DNA from: Phycisphaeraceae bacterium
Lineage (GTDB): Bacteria; Planctomycetota; Phycisphaerae; Phycisphaerales; Zrk34
NCBI GenBank assembly: GCA_040905565.1
Contig: JBBDRF010000005.1
Span: 64,001 to 128,000, forward strand
Length of the DNA: 64,000 bases
Reading direction: 5' to 3'
Shown here: one piece after another, positions 1 to 10,995 of the stretch
How positions within the stretch are numbered: position 1 is the stretch's first letter
How the letters are laid out: each line of letters starts with the position of its first letter
Position numbers and translations under genes: made by a program
The notes under the pieces: generated by a model
The model's database searches: none
Told to the model about the DNA's origin: nothing
What the model saw: the letters and a program-made list of their open reading frames with translations, nothing else

Positions 1-1272
1 AAGGCCTACCGCCATTGGCTGACGATGAAGCACCCCGACTGGGCGTTCATCCATTATCCGCCGATCGACTTCCAGGCCAGCAGCTACTATGCGGCCCCGA
101 AGAAGCGGCCTGAGAGCATGGACGAGGTCGACCCGAAGCTGCTGGAAACCTACGAGAAGCTCGGCATCCCGCTCAATGAGCAGATGGCGCTGGCAGGTGT
201 GGCGGTTGATGCGGTGTTCGACTCGGTTTCCGTTGCGACCACCTTCAAAGCGGAGCTTGAGAAGTCGGGCGTCATCTTCTGTTCCATCAGCGAAGCGATT
301 CAGAAGCACCCCGATCTGGTCCGCAAGTACCTCGGCTCGGTGGTCCCCTACTCGGACAACTTCTTCGCGACACTGAATACCGCGGTCTTCACCGACGGCT
401 CGTTCGTGTATGTGCCGAAGAACGTGAAATGCCCGATGGAGCTGAGCACCTATTTCCGCATCAACGCGGAGAACACCGGGCAGTTCGAGCGGACGCTGAT
501 CATCGCCGACGAAGGCGCGGAAGTCAGCTACCTCGAAGGCTGCACCGCTCCGCAGCGGGATGAGCATCAGCTGCATGCGGCCGTCGTCGAACTGGTCGCG
601 ATGAAGGATGCGACCATCAAGTACTCGACCATCCAAAACTGGTACCCCGGCGACGAAGAAGGCAGGGGCGGCATCTACAACTTCGTCACCAAGCGTGGTG
701 CGTGCCGCGGCGAGAACAGCCGAATCTCGTGGACGCAGGTGGAGACCGGGTCGGCCATCACCTGGAAGTATCCTTCGTGCATTCTGCAAGGCGATAACAG
801 CGTTGGTGAGTTCTACTCGGTCGCGCTGACGAATAACTATCAGCAGGCCGACACGGGCACGAAGATGATCCACATCGGCAAGAACACCAAGTCGACGATC
901 GTCAGTAAGGGCATCAGTGCCGGCCGCGGACACAATGCCTACCGCGGACTGGTGAAGGTGCTCAAGGGTGCTGCGAATTCGCACAACTATACACAGTGCG
1001 ACTCGATGCTCATCGGTGACAAGTGCGGAGCCCACACCTTTCCGTACATCGAGGTGAAGAACACGACCTCCGCGGTTGAGCACGAAGCGTCGACCAGCAA
1101 GATCGCTGAGGATCAGCTGTTCTACTGTCAGCAGCGCGGGCTGGACCCCGAGCAGGCGGTCTCGCTGATCGTCAACGGCTTCTGCAAGGAAGTGTTCAAG
1201 GAGCTGCCGATGGAGTTTGCTGTGGAAGCGACCAAGCTTCTGCAGGTGAGTCTGGAAGGCAGTGTGGGCTAG
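1..1272 (+). CDS. sufB: Fe-S cluster assembly protein SufB (5'-truncated by window edge)
   Basis: Frame open from base 1 ([14 protein letters not shown]); motifs [37 protein letters not shown]; first gene of the suf cluster. Confidence 0.97.
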   Translation, partial: KAYRHWLTMKHPDWAFIHYPPIDFQASSYYAAPKKRPESMDEVDPKLLETYEKLGIPLNEQMALAGVAVDAVFDSVSVATTFKAELEKSGVIFCSISEAIQKHPDLVRKYLGSVVPYSDNFFATLNTAVFTDGSFVYVPKNVKCPMELSTYFRINAENTGQFERTLIIADEGAEVSYLEGCTAPQRDEHQLHAAVVELVAMKDATIKYSTIQNWYPGDEEGRGGIYNFVTKRGACRGENSRISWTQVETGSAITWKYPSCILQGDNSVGEFYSVALTNNYQQADTGTKMIHIGKNTKSTIVSKGISAGRGHNAYRGLVKVLKGAANSHNYTQCDSMLIGDKCGAHTFPYIEVKNTTSAVEHEASTSKIAEDQLFYCQQRGLDPEQAVSLIVNGFCKEVFKELPMEFAVEATKLLQVSLEGSVG

Positions 1273-1356
1273 GAATCAGCGAACCCGGGCGGAACGTAGT
1301 TCCGCGGCTATCGTTTGAGAATCATACTTCGTACTTCACACATCAGAAATAATACT

Positions 1357-2121
1357 ATGTCGCTAATTGAAATTAAGAATCTGCACGCGAGCATCGAAGG
1401 CCAGCCCATTTTGAAGGGTCTGAACCTTACGATTCAACCCGGCGAGGTGCACTCGATCATGGGGCCCAACGGGTCGGGCAAGTCGACGCTGGCGAATGTG
1501 CTGGCCGGCCGTGAGAACTACGAAGTCACCGACGGCGAAGTGATCTACAACGGCAAAGATCTGCTGGAGATGGAACCCGACGAACGCGCCCGCGAAGGCG
1601 TCTTCCTTGCGTTCCAGTATCCCGTCGAGATCCCCGGCGTGTCGGGCATGCAGTTCCTTCGGGCCGCTGTGAATGCCCACCGCGCCCACCGAGGCGAGGA
1701 AGAGCTCGACGCGATGGACCTGCTGACGATGTTCAAAGAGCGGGCGAAGCTTGTGAACATCGACACCGATATGCTCAAGCGTTCGGTCAATCAGGGCTTC
1801 TCAGGCGGTGAAAAGAAGCGCTACGAGATCTTTCAGATGGCGCTGCTTGAGCCGACGCTTGCCCTGCTCGACGAGACGGACTCGGGCCTGGATATTGATG
1901 CGCTCAAGATCGTGGCTGAGGGCGTGAACGCGCTGCGTAACAAAGACCGCGGCTTCCTGGTGATCACGCACTATCAGCGTCTGCTGAACTACATTGTGCC
2001 CGACTTCGTGCATGTGCTGATGGACGGTCGCATCGTCCGCAGCGGCGGCAAAGAGCTCGCCCACCAGCTCGAAGCTGAGGGCTATGTCGATATGGAAACC
2101 GCCGACGCCGGCTCCAAGTAA
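1357..2121 (+). CDS. sufC: Fe-S cluster assembly ATPase SufC
   Basis: Walker A GPNGSGKST, FLAFQYPVEIPGV, signature FSGGEKKR, LDETDSGLDIDAL; ATG at 1357. Confidence 0.97.
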   Translation: MSLIEIKNLHASIEGQPILKGLNLTIQPGEVHSIMGPNGSGKSTLANVLAGRENYEVTDGEVIYNGKDLLEMEPDERAREGVFLAFQYPVEIPGVSGMQFLRAAVNAHRAHRGEEELDAMDLLTMFKERAKLVNIDTDMLKRSVNQGFSGGEKKRYEIFQMALLEPTLALLDETDSGLDIDALKIVAEGVNALRNKDRGFLVITHYQRLLNYIVPDFVHVLMDGRIVRSGGKELAHQLEAEGYVDMETADAGSK

Positions 2122-2155
2122 ACCCCTGCTGAAACTCTCCCGGATACCTCCGATC

Positions 2156-3490
2156 ATGGCTGAAGTCTTGACCAAGCACGAATCCTTTCACGAAAGCCTC
2201 GCTGCGGTGCCCGAGCGCACCGGCGGCCCCGCATGGCTTGACAAGCTGCACCAGCACGGCAAGCAGCAGTTCGAGCAGCTGGGTTTTCCGACGCAGCAGG
2301 ACGAACCGTGGCGATTCACCAACGTCGCGCCCATTGTGAAGACGCCGTTTGTGACGGCCGAGCCGGGCGCGAAGATTGATGCCGACGCGTTGGCCCCCTA
2401 CCGCCTCGGCGACGTCGCGGGCATGAAGCTGGTCTTCGTTGATGGGCATTTCCGTGCCGAGCTAAGCGACCTGCGGGATGCGCCCAAGGGCCTGCGTGTG
2501 ATGCCGATGAGCGAAGCCATCCGCGATCACGCCGCCCTGCTGCGGCCGCACCTCGGGCAATATGCGGAGATCGCCGACGGCTTCGATGCGCTGAATGCAG
2601 CCCACTTCACGGAGGGCGTCTTCGTCCACGTCGCCCGAAACGTGCAGGTGGAGCAGCCGATCGAACTGCTGTTCGTCGCCAGCGGCTCCGAGCAACCGGT
2701 GATGAGTCACGGCCGAAACCTCATCGTCGCTGAGCCTGACGCTAAGGTGACCGTAGTCGAAAGCTACGCCGGGCCATTCGGTGGCAAGTATCTCAACAAT
2801 GCCGTCACCGAGGTCACCGTCGCCGAGCAGGCGCATGTCGATCATTACTTTGTTGAGCGTGACAGTGAAGATGCGTTCAACCTGACATCGCTGCGGATTC
2901 GGCAGGGGCGTGACAGTCGATTTGAATCGCACACCGCACTGTTCGGCGGGTCGATCGTCCGCAACAACGTGATTGTGGAACTCGCCGGCGAGAACTGCGA
3001 TTCGACCATCAACGGCCTGTTCATGGGCCACGGCTCGCAGCACATGGACAACTACATGCGGGTCATCCACGGCGGGCCGAACGGCGACAGTCGCCAGTTC
3101 TACAAGGGCATCCTCGACGACAAGTCGCATGGCGTGTTCTCCGGCCGCATCGTCGTCCGTGAAGGTGCACAGAAGACCGACGCGAAGCAGACCAACCGCA
3201 ACCTGCTGCTGAGCGATGACGCGACCGTGAACACAATGCCGCAGCTTGAGATCTATGCTGACGACGTCAAATGTACGCACGGCGCGACGATGGGGCAGCT
3301 GAGCAAGGACGCCCAGTTTTATCTCGAGGCGCGGGGCATCGACGCAGCCACGGCTCGCAGTATGCTGATTTACGCGTTCGCTGGTGAGTCGCTTGAGCGT
3401 ATGAACGTCGCTCCGATTCGCGATGAGCTTGAGCAGTTGATGCTCGACCGCCTGCCGGGCGGGGCGAAACTGAAGGCTTTGATTCAATAA
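2156..3490 (+). CDS. sufD: Fe-S cluster assembly protein SufD
   Basis: EPWRFTN, AQKTDAKQTNRNLLL, PQLEIYADDVKCTHGAT, FYLEARGI; follows sufC. Confidence 0.95.
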   Translation: MAEVLTKHESFHESLAAVPERTGGPAWLDKLHQHGKQQFEQLGFPTQQDEPWRFTNVAPIVKTPFVTAEPGAKIDADALAPYRLGDVAGMKLVFVDGHFRAELSDLRDAPKGLRVMPMSEAIRDHAALLRPHLGQYAEIADGFDALNAAHFTEGVFVHVARNVQVEQPIELLFVASGSEQPVMSHGRNLIVAEPDAKVTVVESYAGPFGGKYLNNAVTEVTVAEQAHVDHYFVERDSEDAFNLTSLRIRQGRDSRFESHTALFGGSIVRNNVIVELAGENCDSTINGLFMGHGSQHMDNYMRVIHGGPNGDSRQFYKGILDDKSHGVFSGRIVVREGAQKTDAKQTNRNLLLSDDATVNTMPQLEIYADDVKCTHGATMGQLSKDAQFYLEARGIDAATARSMLIYAFAGESLERMNVAPIRDELEQLMLDRLPGGAKLKALIQ

Positions 3491-3523
3491 ACCCCGACGC
3501 GCGGCCGCCGGCCGTGAGGCGTG

Positions 3524-4783
3524 ATGACGACGACGACCAAACATACCGCGGATCGCTTCAAGGCCGACTTCGACCCAGCCGAGTTCCGGGCTGAGTTTCC
3601 GATTCTTTCGCGCACCGTGCATGGCAAGCCGTTGGTCTATCTCGATAATGCGGCGACGACGCAGAAGCCGCGGGCCGTGATCGACGCCATCACCTACTAC
3701 TACACGCACAGCAACGCCAACGTGCACCGCGGCGTTCACGCTCTCTCCGAAGAAGCGACCGAAGCGTTCGAAGGTGCCCGCGACAAAGTCCGCAAGTTCC
3801 TCAACGCGCCCGACCATCGTGAGATCATCTTTACGCGTGGCTGCACCGAGGGTATGAATCTTGTCGCCCAATCGTATGCCGGGAGCCTGCTACAGCCCGG
3901 CGACGAAGTCCTCATCACGCACATGGAGCATCACAGCGGGATCGTGCCGTGGCAGATCGCCTGCCAGCGATCCGGTGCGAAGCTGAAGGTCGTGCCCATC
4001 ACCGCGTGCGGCGAACTGGATATGGCGACGCTAGAAACGCTGATCACGGAGCGGACGAAGATCGTGTCGCTGGTGCATATCTCCAACGCGCTGGGCACGA
4101 TCAATCCTGTGAAAGAGATCAGCGCTTTGGCGCATAAGGTCGGTGCGGTGGTGCTCGTTGATGGTGCTCAGGCGACGGCGCACATGAAGGTCGACGTGCA
4201 GGACATCGGCTGCGATTTCTACGCCTTTTCCGGTCACAAGATGTTCGGGCCGACCGGCATCGGCGCCCTGTGGGGCCGAACTGAACTGCTCGAGGCCATG
4301 CCCCCCTACCAGGGCGGCGGCGACATGATCAAGAACGTCACCTTCGAAGAGACGACCTACAACGACATCCCCTACAAGTTCGAAGCCGGTACGCCGGACA
4401 TCGCCGGGGCAGTTGGGCTCGGGGCCGCGATCGACTTCATCGCCAACCTGAACATGGATCAGGTGACCGCTCACGAGCAGGACCTCCTGGAGTACGGGAC
4501 CAAGGCGCTCGCAGAGGTTCCCGGCCTCAGGCTCATCGGTACGGCGGCGGCGAAGTCGGCGGTGCTTTCGTTCGTCGTGGAGGGGCAGCATCCTTACGAG
4601 TTGGGGCAGATCCTTGACCGTCAGGGCGTGGCGATCCGCACCGGGCATCATTGTGCGCAGCCGGTGATGGATTACTACGAAGTCTCAGCGACTGTCCGGG
4701 CCTCCATGGCCCCGTACAATACCCGTGAAGACATCGACGCACTCGTCGCAGCCCTGCACAAAGCAGCGAAAATACTAGGCTAA
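3524..4783 (+). CDS. sufS: Cysteine desulfurase SufS
   Basis: YLDNAATTQKP, PLP lysine motif FSGHKM, catalytic loop RTGHHCAQP. Confidence 0.96.
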   Translation: MTTTTKHTADRFKADFDPAEFRAEFPILSRTVHGKPLVYLDNAATTQKPRAVIDAITYYYTHSNANVHRGVHALSEEATEAFEGARDKVRKFLNAPDHREIIFTRGCTEGMNLVAQSYAGSLLQPGDEVLITHMEHHSGIVPWQIACQRSGAKLKVVPITACGELDMATLETLITERTKIVSLVHISNALGTINPVKEISALAHKVGAVVLVDGAQATAHMKVDVQDIGCDFYAFSGHKMFGPTGIGALWGRTELLEAMPPYQGGGDMIKNVTFEETTYNDIPYKFEAGTPDIAGAVGLGAAIDFIANLNMDQVTAHEQDLLEYGTKALAEVPGLRLIGTAAAKSAVLSFVVEGQHPYELGQILDRQGVAIRTGHHCAQPVMDYYEVSATVRASMAPYNTREDIDALVAALHKAAKILG

Positions 4784-4795
4784 ATACGACCGACT

Positions 4796-5221
4796 ATGAC
4801 TACGACTCGCGACATCACCCTCGACCGCATCGTCGCTAACTTCGAGTTCCTCGACGACTGGGAAGAGCGTTTCACCTACCTCATCGACCTGGGCAAGAAG
4901 CTGCCGGACATGCCCGAGGCCGAGCGGGTCGAGCGCAACCGCGTCCACGGATGCCAGGCCCAGGTATTCATGAAACCCCGCGTGGAGGGCGAGCCGCCCG
5001 TCGTGGTGTTCGATGCGTGGAGCGATGCGGCGACCGTCAAGGGCCTCATTACCATCCTGATGACGATGTACTCGGGCAAGACCGCGGATGAGATCCTGAG
5101 CACCGATGCCGAATCCGTCTTTGAGCAGCTCGGCCTTGAAGAGCATTTGAGCATGACCCGCCGCAACGGCCTGCATGCGATGATCAAACGCATTCGGGCG
5201 ATCGCCACAGAGTTGAAGTAA
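4796..5221 (+). CDS. sufE: Sulfur acceptor SufE
   Basis: DWEERFTYLIDLGKKL, VHGCQAQV, HLSMTRRNGL. Confidence 0.94.
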   Translation: MTTTRDITLDRIVANFEFLDDWEERFTYLIDLGKKLPDMPEAERVERNRVHGCQAQVFMKPRVEGEPPVVVFDAWSDAATVKGLITILMTMYSGKTADEILSTDAESVFEQLGLEEHLSMTRRNGLHAMIKRIRAIATELK

Positions 5222-5340
5222 GCCCCGCATCCAGCGACGCGCGTGCGTCGCAGCCCATGTTGAGACGACTGAAAATGCGCATTCCACTGCCCCAGCCGAA
5301 CCAGCCCGATCGCGACCGCCAAACTCAGGGGGACCAGCCG

Positions 5341-5667
5341 ATGCCCGATCAACCCGCACCCGACGCTTCCGTTCAAGACCAGATCGTCGCTGCGATCAAG
5401 CAGGTGTACGACCCGGAAATTCCGGTGAACATCTACGATCTCGGGCTGATTTACGAGGTGGACGTGAAGCCGGACGAGACGGTGGATGTGAAGATGACGC
5501 TGACGACGCCGAACTGCCCGGAAGCGCAAACGTTGCCCGGCATGGTCGAGCAGGCGGTCGAAACTGTGGCGGGCGTAAAGAAGGCGAACGTCGAGATCGT
5601 TTGGGAACCACGCTGGGACAAAGAGATGATGTCCGACGCGGCCAAACTCCAACTCGGCTTCATGTAA
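5341..5667 (+). CDS. sufT: DUF59 / SufT Fe-S maturation protein
   Basis: VYDPEIPVNIYDLGLIY, MTLTTPNCP, WEPRW; last gene of the suf cluster. Confidence 0.9.
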   Translation: MPDQPAPDASVQDQIVAAIKQVYDPEIPVNIYDLGLIYEVDVKPDETVDVKMTLTTPNCPEAQTLPGMVEQAVETVAGVKKANVEIVWEPRWDKEMMSDAAKLQLGFM

Positions 5668-5920
5668 CCCCCCACCGCCCCCCCACCGTTTCCCGCATCC
5701 GATCTGTCCGCAGCCAGCTTGATGCGCTTGCGCGCGCCGCGAACATCAGTCTCGACGAGGCTCCACAGCGCGATGACCACTTACTGACGTGCGTGGCTCG
5801 AATCCCACCCTCCCAGGATGTTAACGACATCTTCACGCCCCCCCTTTCGCCATCGGCGTCCTTAGGCGATAGCATGGTCGGTTCGCTGTTGTTTTGACCA
5901 TCTGTATAGGGAGCGCTGCT

Positions 5921-7063
5921 GTGCGTGATTCGAGACTGGACAAGCTCGCCGACGTGATCGTGAACTATTCGACGGGCGTAAAGCCGGGCCAGATTGTCCG
6001 GATCAGTGGCGACCCGATCGCCCAGCCGTTGATCGAAGCACTCTACGAGAGAGTCATGCAGGCGGGCGCCCATCCCACCGTCCGTATGACGCCCGACACG
6101 CTGCAGAACATCTTTTATGAGCACGCGAACGACGAGCAGCTCAAGTACGTCTCGCCTCTGATGCAGCACGAGATCGAGAACATCGACGTCAGCATCGGCA
6201 TCTGGGCGGAGACGAACACCAAGTCACTCACGAACGTCTCGGCGAAGAAGCAGGCCACGGCCTCGGCGGCCCGTAAGCCGATCTTCAAGGTGTTCATGGA
6301 GCGAGCGGCGAAGGGTACGCTCAAGTGGTCCGGCACGCTCTATCCCACCGCTGCCAGCGCGCAGGACGCGGAAATGAGCCTGCAGGAGTACGAAAACTTC
6401 GTGTTCAATGCAGGGCATCTGGACAAAGCCGACCCCGTCGCGGAATGGATGAAGATCAAGGACCGTCAGCAGAAGCTCACTGACTACCTCAGCAACGGCC
6501 GCCGCGAACTGCACTTCAAGACCGACAACGGCACCGATCTCAAAGTCAACGTCGAAGGCATGACGTGGATCAACTGCTCCGGCAACGAAAACTTCCCCGA
6601 CGGCGAAGTGTTCACCGGCCCTAACCTCAAGGCAAGCGACGGCGGCGTCAACGGCGTGGTCCGCTACTCCTTCCCGGCTGTCCACCGCGGACGCGAGGTG
6701 CACGATATCGAGCTGACCTTCGAAAAAGGCAAGGTCGTCAAGGCGCTCGCTTCGAAGAACCAGGACTTCCTTAACGAGATGCTCGACCAGGATGCGGGGG
6801 CACGCTACCTCGGCGAGATCGCGATCGGCACCAACTACAACATCACCCGATACACGAAGAACACGCTCTTCGACGAGAAGATCGGCGGCACCTTCCACGC
6901 AGCGGTCGGCGCGGGCTATCCCGAGTCGGGCAACAACAACGAGTCCGGCCTGCACTGGGACATGGTGTGCGATCTCCGCACCGGCGGCACGATCAGCGTC
7001 GACGGGGAAGTCATCAGCCGCGACGGCAAGTTCGTCGATCCCGAGTGGCCGGCGGCGGAATGA
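5921..7063 (+). CDS. Aminopeptidase, peptidase M29 (AmpS/PepS-like)
   Basis: NFPDGEVFTGP, GEIAIGTN, TLFDEKIGGTFHAAVG, SGLHWDMV; GTG start after GGGAG. Confidence 0.92.
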   Translation: MRDSRLDKLADVIVNYSTGVKPGQIVRISGDPIAQPLIEALYERVMQAGAHPTVRMTPDTLQNIFYEHANDEQLKYVSPLMQHEIENIDVSIGIWAETNTKSLTNVSAKKQATASAARKPIFKVFMERAAKGTLKWSGTLYPTAASAQDAEMSLQEYENFVFNAGHLDKADPVAEWMKIKDRQQKLTDYLSNGRRELHFKTDNGTDLKVNVEGMTWINCSGNENFPDGEVFTGPNLKASDGGVNGVVRYSFPAVHRGREVHDIELTFEKGKVVKALASKNQDFLNEMLDQDAGARYLGEIAIGTNYNITRYTKNTLFDEKIGGTFHAAVGAGYPESGNNNESGLHWDMVCDLRTGGTISVDGEVISRDGKFVDPEWPAAE

Positions 7064-7136
7064 CCAGTTGCGGGTCGTCGTCCCTCGGGAACCAGCGCGT
7101 GTTGAGGTGAACCGTTCCCGGTTATGATGGCCCGCT

Positions 7137-8339
7137 ATGCCTCAATCACCCATGCAATTTGTCTCCGCGATCAGCAATGAACAGCACACCGGCGAAGCGC
7201 TTGATGAAGTGCTCGGCGAGGTGCGCGAACAACTCGACGGCGAGGCGGACTTCGTGATGACGTTCGCCAGCTATCATCATCGACGCGACTTCGATCTCAT
7301 CGCCGACGCCATCGAACGCGACCTGAACCCCGGGGTGGCGCTTGGCGCTACCGCCGCAGCCGTGCTCGGCAGTGGCCAAGAGCTGGAGAAATCGGCGGGC
7401 CTGACGATGCTTGCGGCCAAAATGCCGGGCGCGTGGATGCATCCGTTTCGTTACGACGATCTGCCACGCATTGCGGAGGACGATGATCCGACGGGTATGC
7501 GTGAAGCGATCGTCGGCGAAGGGCGCGAGGGCGAACCGGCTGCGATGTTTCTTCTGGCGGACCCGTTTTCCACGCCAATGGTAAAGCTGATTCCGGCGAT
7601 CAATGCAGCCCTGCCGGGCGTTCCGCTGATCGGCGGGATGGCCAGCGGCGGCGCGGCGGCGGGCGATAATCGGCTGCTGCTCGGCGGCGAGGTCACCTCC
7701 GAAGGAGCGGTCGGCGTCGCGATCGGCGGCGACCTCCGGGTCGACTGCACGGTGAGCCAGGGCTGTCGCCCGGTCGGGCAACCTTGGGTGATCACGAAGG
7801 CGAAGCACAATCTGATACAGAGCATCGGCGGCCGGGCGGTGCTTGATGTCATCCAGGAAACCGCGGAGCAGGCGGACCCCGAAGATCAGGAACTGCTCCA
7901 GCACGGGCTTTTCGTGGGACGCGTGATCAACGAATACAAGGACCGCTTCGGCCGGGGCGACTTCCTGATTCGCAACATCGTCGGGGCCGATCAGGAGACC
8001 GGTTACATCGCGGTCAGCGATCTGGTGAAGGTCGGCGAGACGATTCAGTTTCACGTGCGTGACCGACGCACCGCCGAGCAGGACCTCCGCCTGCTGCTGC
8101 AATCGCAGAAGCTGCATGGCGAGCCGGCCGGGGCGCTGCTGTGCACTTGCAACGGGCGAGGCCTGAACATCTTTGAAGAGCCGAACGTCGAGTCGTCGAT
8201 CATCCGTGGTGAGCTTGGCGAGTCGCTGCCGCTGGCGGGGTTCTTCGCGGCGGGCGAGATCGGGCCAGTCGGCGGCTCGAACTTCCTCCACGGTTTCACG
8301 GCATCGCTTGCCGTTTTCCGCCCCCAAGAACAAGAATAA
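7137..8339 (+). CDS. FIST N/C domain protein
   Basis: LLADPFS, GGMASGG, VSQGCRPVG, CNGRG, GFFAAGEIGP, FLHGFT. Confidence 0.9.
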   Translation: MPQSPMQFVSAISNEQHTGEALDEVLGEVREQLDGEADFVMTFASYHHRRDFDLIADAIERDLNPGVALGATAAAVLGSGQELEKSAGLTMLAAKMPGAWMHPFRYDDLPRIAEDDDPTGMREAIVGEGREGEPAAMFLLADPFSTPMVKLIPAINAALPGVPLIGGMASGGAAAGDNRLLLGGEVTSEGAVGVAIGGDLRVDCTVSQGCRPVGQPWVITKAKHNLIQSIGGRAVLDVIQETAEQADPEDQELLQHGLFVGRVINEYKDRFGRGDFLIRNIVGADQETGYIAVSDLVKVGETIQFHVRDRRTAEQDLRLLLQSQKLHGEPAGALLCTCNGRGLNIFEEPNVESSIIRGELGESLPLAGFFAAGEIGPVGGSNFLHGFTASLAVFRPQEQE

Positions 8340-8386
8340 ACGTCTTCATCGCCTTGAACGCGATTCTGCCGCAAAAGGACTGTTTC

Positions 8387-9595
8387 ATGAAGCTTATGAC
8401 GTCAATGCTCGCCCTGCTGATGCTCGTCGCTGCGACCGCGCACGCCGAGGAGGCCGAGGCGCCGGACCGCCTGATGCCCGAGCCGCTACGGGATCTGGGG
8501 CGGTCGCACAAGGTGCGGTTGATCTACTTTGTCCCAGCCGACCGCGAGCCGATCGACGCATGGGCTGCCCGGATCGAGACGCTGGTCACCTTCGCCAACG
8601 ACGCCATTCGCCGCGATCTCGTGGAGAAGGGGTATGAAGACGCCGCGCTGGATTTTGAGTTCGACGAGGCGGACGAGTTGGTGATCCATCTGGTGCGAGG
8701 CGAGCACCCGACTGACCACTACAGCGGGGCACCTGACTACAACTTTCGGCAGCAGTGGGTCACCGTGAACACAGACGTAGAAGCGGAGCTGGGCCCGCCG
8801 AGCGAGCGGGTGCACCTGATCTTCGCCGAGACCTATGATAAACAGCCCGCGCCACACGAGTGGGCGGGGGGAAATGCGCAGGCGGCGTTTCTTTCCGCTG
8901 ATACAGCGGTGGCGATGAAAAGCGCGTGGATCCTCCGCCCGGAGTTCACAGCAACCGACATCGAAACGCAGCTTGAGCTGCTGTTCGATGACACCCCGAT
9001 CGAGGGGCGGACCGCGATGGGCCACGGTCAGCCGAACTCGCCACGTCATCATTTCATTGAGGATGGTTTCGGCGCGGTGGTGCACGAACTTGGCCACGCG
9101 TTGTCGCTTTACCACGACAGCCGCGACGGGCTTTACCACATGGGCAACGGGTTTCGGCAGCTGCGGACGCGGTATCGTACCGATCTGCCGCACGACCAGC
9201 GGAGCCGATTCAGTGACGATGCCGCGCGGATGCTGGTGCGATCGCGATTCATCTCCGAGTCGGCGCATCCGAAGGATCTGACGCCGCCGCGGATGACCAT
9301 TCGTCTGCTTCGGCAGCCGCAGTCGGGCGATCGTGACCTGCGCATCCATCTTGAGGCTGAGGACGACACGGCCCTGGCGGCGTTCGTGTTCCACGTGGGC
9401 GCGAATGATTCGGTGGCGATCGGCGGGAAACTTGAGGGCAAAAGTGTCACGCTAGATGAACTACGCATCGGGCACCCCGAGATACAGCCGGGCCAGCAGA
9501 TTCACCTTCAAGGGCGGATCGTCGACGAAGCGGGCAACTTCGCTCGGCTGTCGTTGACACTGACGGTGCCTGATCCGGCCGCGGACGATTCCTGA
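8387..9595 (+). CDS. Secreted zincin-like metallopeptidase
   Basis: Signal peptide (ATAHA-EE); extended zinc motif HELGHALSLYH followed by MGNG (Met-turn-like). Confidence 0.7.
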   Translation: MKLMTSMLALLMLVAATAHAEEAEAPDRLMPEPLRDLGRSHKVRLIYFVPADREPIDAWAARIETLVTFANDAIRRDLVEKGYEDAALDFEFDEADELVIHLVRGEHPTDHYSGAPDYNFRQQWVTVNTDVEAELGPPSERVHLIFAETYDKQPAPHEWAGGNAQAAFLSADTAVAMKSAWILRPEFTATDIETQLELLFDDTPIEGRTAMGHGQPNSPRHHFIEDGFGAVVHELGHALSLYHDSRDGLYHMGNGFRQLRTRYRTDLPHDQRSRFSDDAARMLVRSRFISESAHPKDLTPPRMTIRLLRQPQSGDRDLRIHLEAEDDTALAAFVFHVGANDSVAIGGKLEGKSVTLDELRIGHPEIQPGQQIHLQGRIVDEAGNFARLSLTLTVPDPAADDS

Positions 9596-9620
9596 TAGGG
9601 CGACGACTTCGGCGGCGGTG

Positions 9621-10931
9621 TCAGCTGCGGATCTGGCCGTTGCCGCGGACGACCCATTTGTAGGTCGTGAGATCGGAAGCGCCCATCGGGCCGCGTGCGT
9701 GGAGTTTGTCGGTGCTGATGCCGATTTCGGCGCCGAGGCCGTATTCGCCGCCGTCGCTGAATCGGGTCGAACAGTTGACCATGACGTTGCCCGAGTCGAC
9801 GCTCGCGACGAAGGCATCGGCTGATGCGATGTCGGCGGTGAGGATCGCGTCGGTGTGATGCGAGCCGTACTTGTTGATGTGGTCGACAGCCTGCTCAAGT
9901 GAATCGACGACACGTATCGCAACGATCGGCTGCAGGTACTCGGTCGCCCAGTCGGTTTCGTCGGCGGGCTTGAGCCGTTCGGCTGCGACGTGATCGGCGG
10001 CGAGTTTGAGCGTGGTTTCGCAGCCGCGGATTTCGACGCCGGCTTCATCGAGCTTCGCGCAGACCGCCTGGAGCAGGTCCGCTGCATCACGATGGAAGAG
10101 AATCGTTTCGGCGGCGTTGCAGACGCCCGGCCGTTGCACCTTCGCATTCACCGCCACGGCGACCACTTCGCTGCGATCCATCAGCTTCGCGTGCTGATCG
10201 ACATAGACGTGACAGTTGCCGGTGTAATGCTTGATGACGGGGATGGTGCTTTGCTCGACGACTGCGCGGATCAGGCTTTCGCCGCCGCGCGGGATGACGA
10301 CGTCGATGAGCTCATCCATCTTCAGCAGCTTGCCGACGGCGGCGCGATCGGTGGTCTGCACGAGTTGAATGGCGTTGGCGTCGAGGCCCTCGGCGGTGAG
10401 GGCGGCGCGGATGACGTCGGCGATGGCGGTGTTGGAATGGATGGCCTCTTTGCCGCCTCGGAGAATCAAAGCGTTGCCGCTTTTGAGGCAGAGGGCGGCG
10501 GCGTCGCTGGTGACGTTCGGCCGACTCTCATAGATAAAAAGCACGACGCCGAGCGGCACGCGGACCTTCTCGATCTTCAGCCCGTTCGGCCGAACGTAGC
10601 CCTCAATCACCTGCCCGACGGGGTCCACCTGCTCAGCGATCTGCCGCACGGAACCCGCCATCTTGCCGATGCGTGCCTCGTCCAGCCGAAGCCGATCGAC
10701 CATGGCCGCGGTGAGCCCGAATTTGTCGGCGTTGGCGATGTCTTTGCCGTTGGCTTCGATGATGAGCCCGGCCTGAGCCTCGAGTCCGTCGGCGATGCGG
10801 CGCAGGACGGCGTCACGCGCCTGGCCGCTGATCGTGGCGAGCTTGCGACCGGCGGCGCGGGCGCCTCCAGCCAACTGCGTGCAGTAGGAATCAAGATCCG
10901 ACGGGACGTTCGTGGGGGCTTGCGTCGTCAT
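9621..10931 (-). CDS. proA: Glutamate-5-semialdehyde dehydrogenase
   Basis: YESRPNVT, KSGNALILRGGKEA, GVCNAAET, STRFSDGGEYGLGAEIGIST, HARGPMG. Confidence 0.97.
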   Translation of the reverse strand: MTTQAPTNVPSDLDSYCTQLAGGARAAGRKLATISGQARDAVLRRIADGLEAQAGLIIEANGKDIANADKFGLTAAMVDRLRLDEARIGKMAGSVRQIAEQVDPVGQVIEGYVRPNGLKIEKVRVPLGVVLFIYESRPNVTSDAAALCLKSGNALILRGGKEAIHSNTAIADVIRAALTAEGLDANAIQLVQTTDRAAVGKLLKMDELIDVVIPRGGESLIRAVVEQSTIPVIKHYTGNCHVYVDQHAKLMDRSEVVAVAVNAKVQRPGVCNAAETILFHRDAADLLQAVCAKLDEAGVEIRGCETTLKLAADHVAAERLKPADETDWATEYLQPIVAIRVVDSLEQAVDHINKYGSHHTDAILTADIASADAFVASVDSGNVMVNCSTRFSDGGEYGLGAEIGISTDKLHARGPMGASDLTTYKWVVRGNGQIRS

Positions 10932-10995
10932 GGTTCGAGAAGCTCTTGTCGTGAAAATAGATATCAGGAAATCAGCGTGCGAAGGCGAGGTTCAC

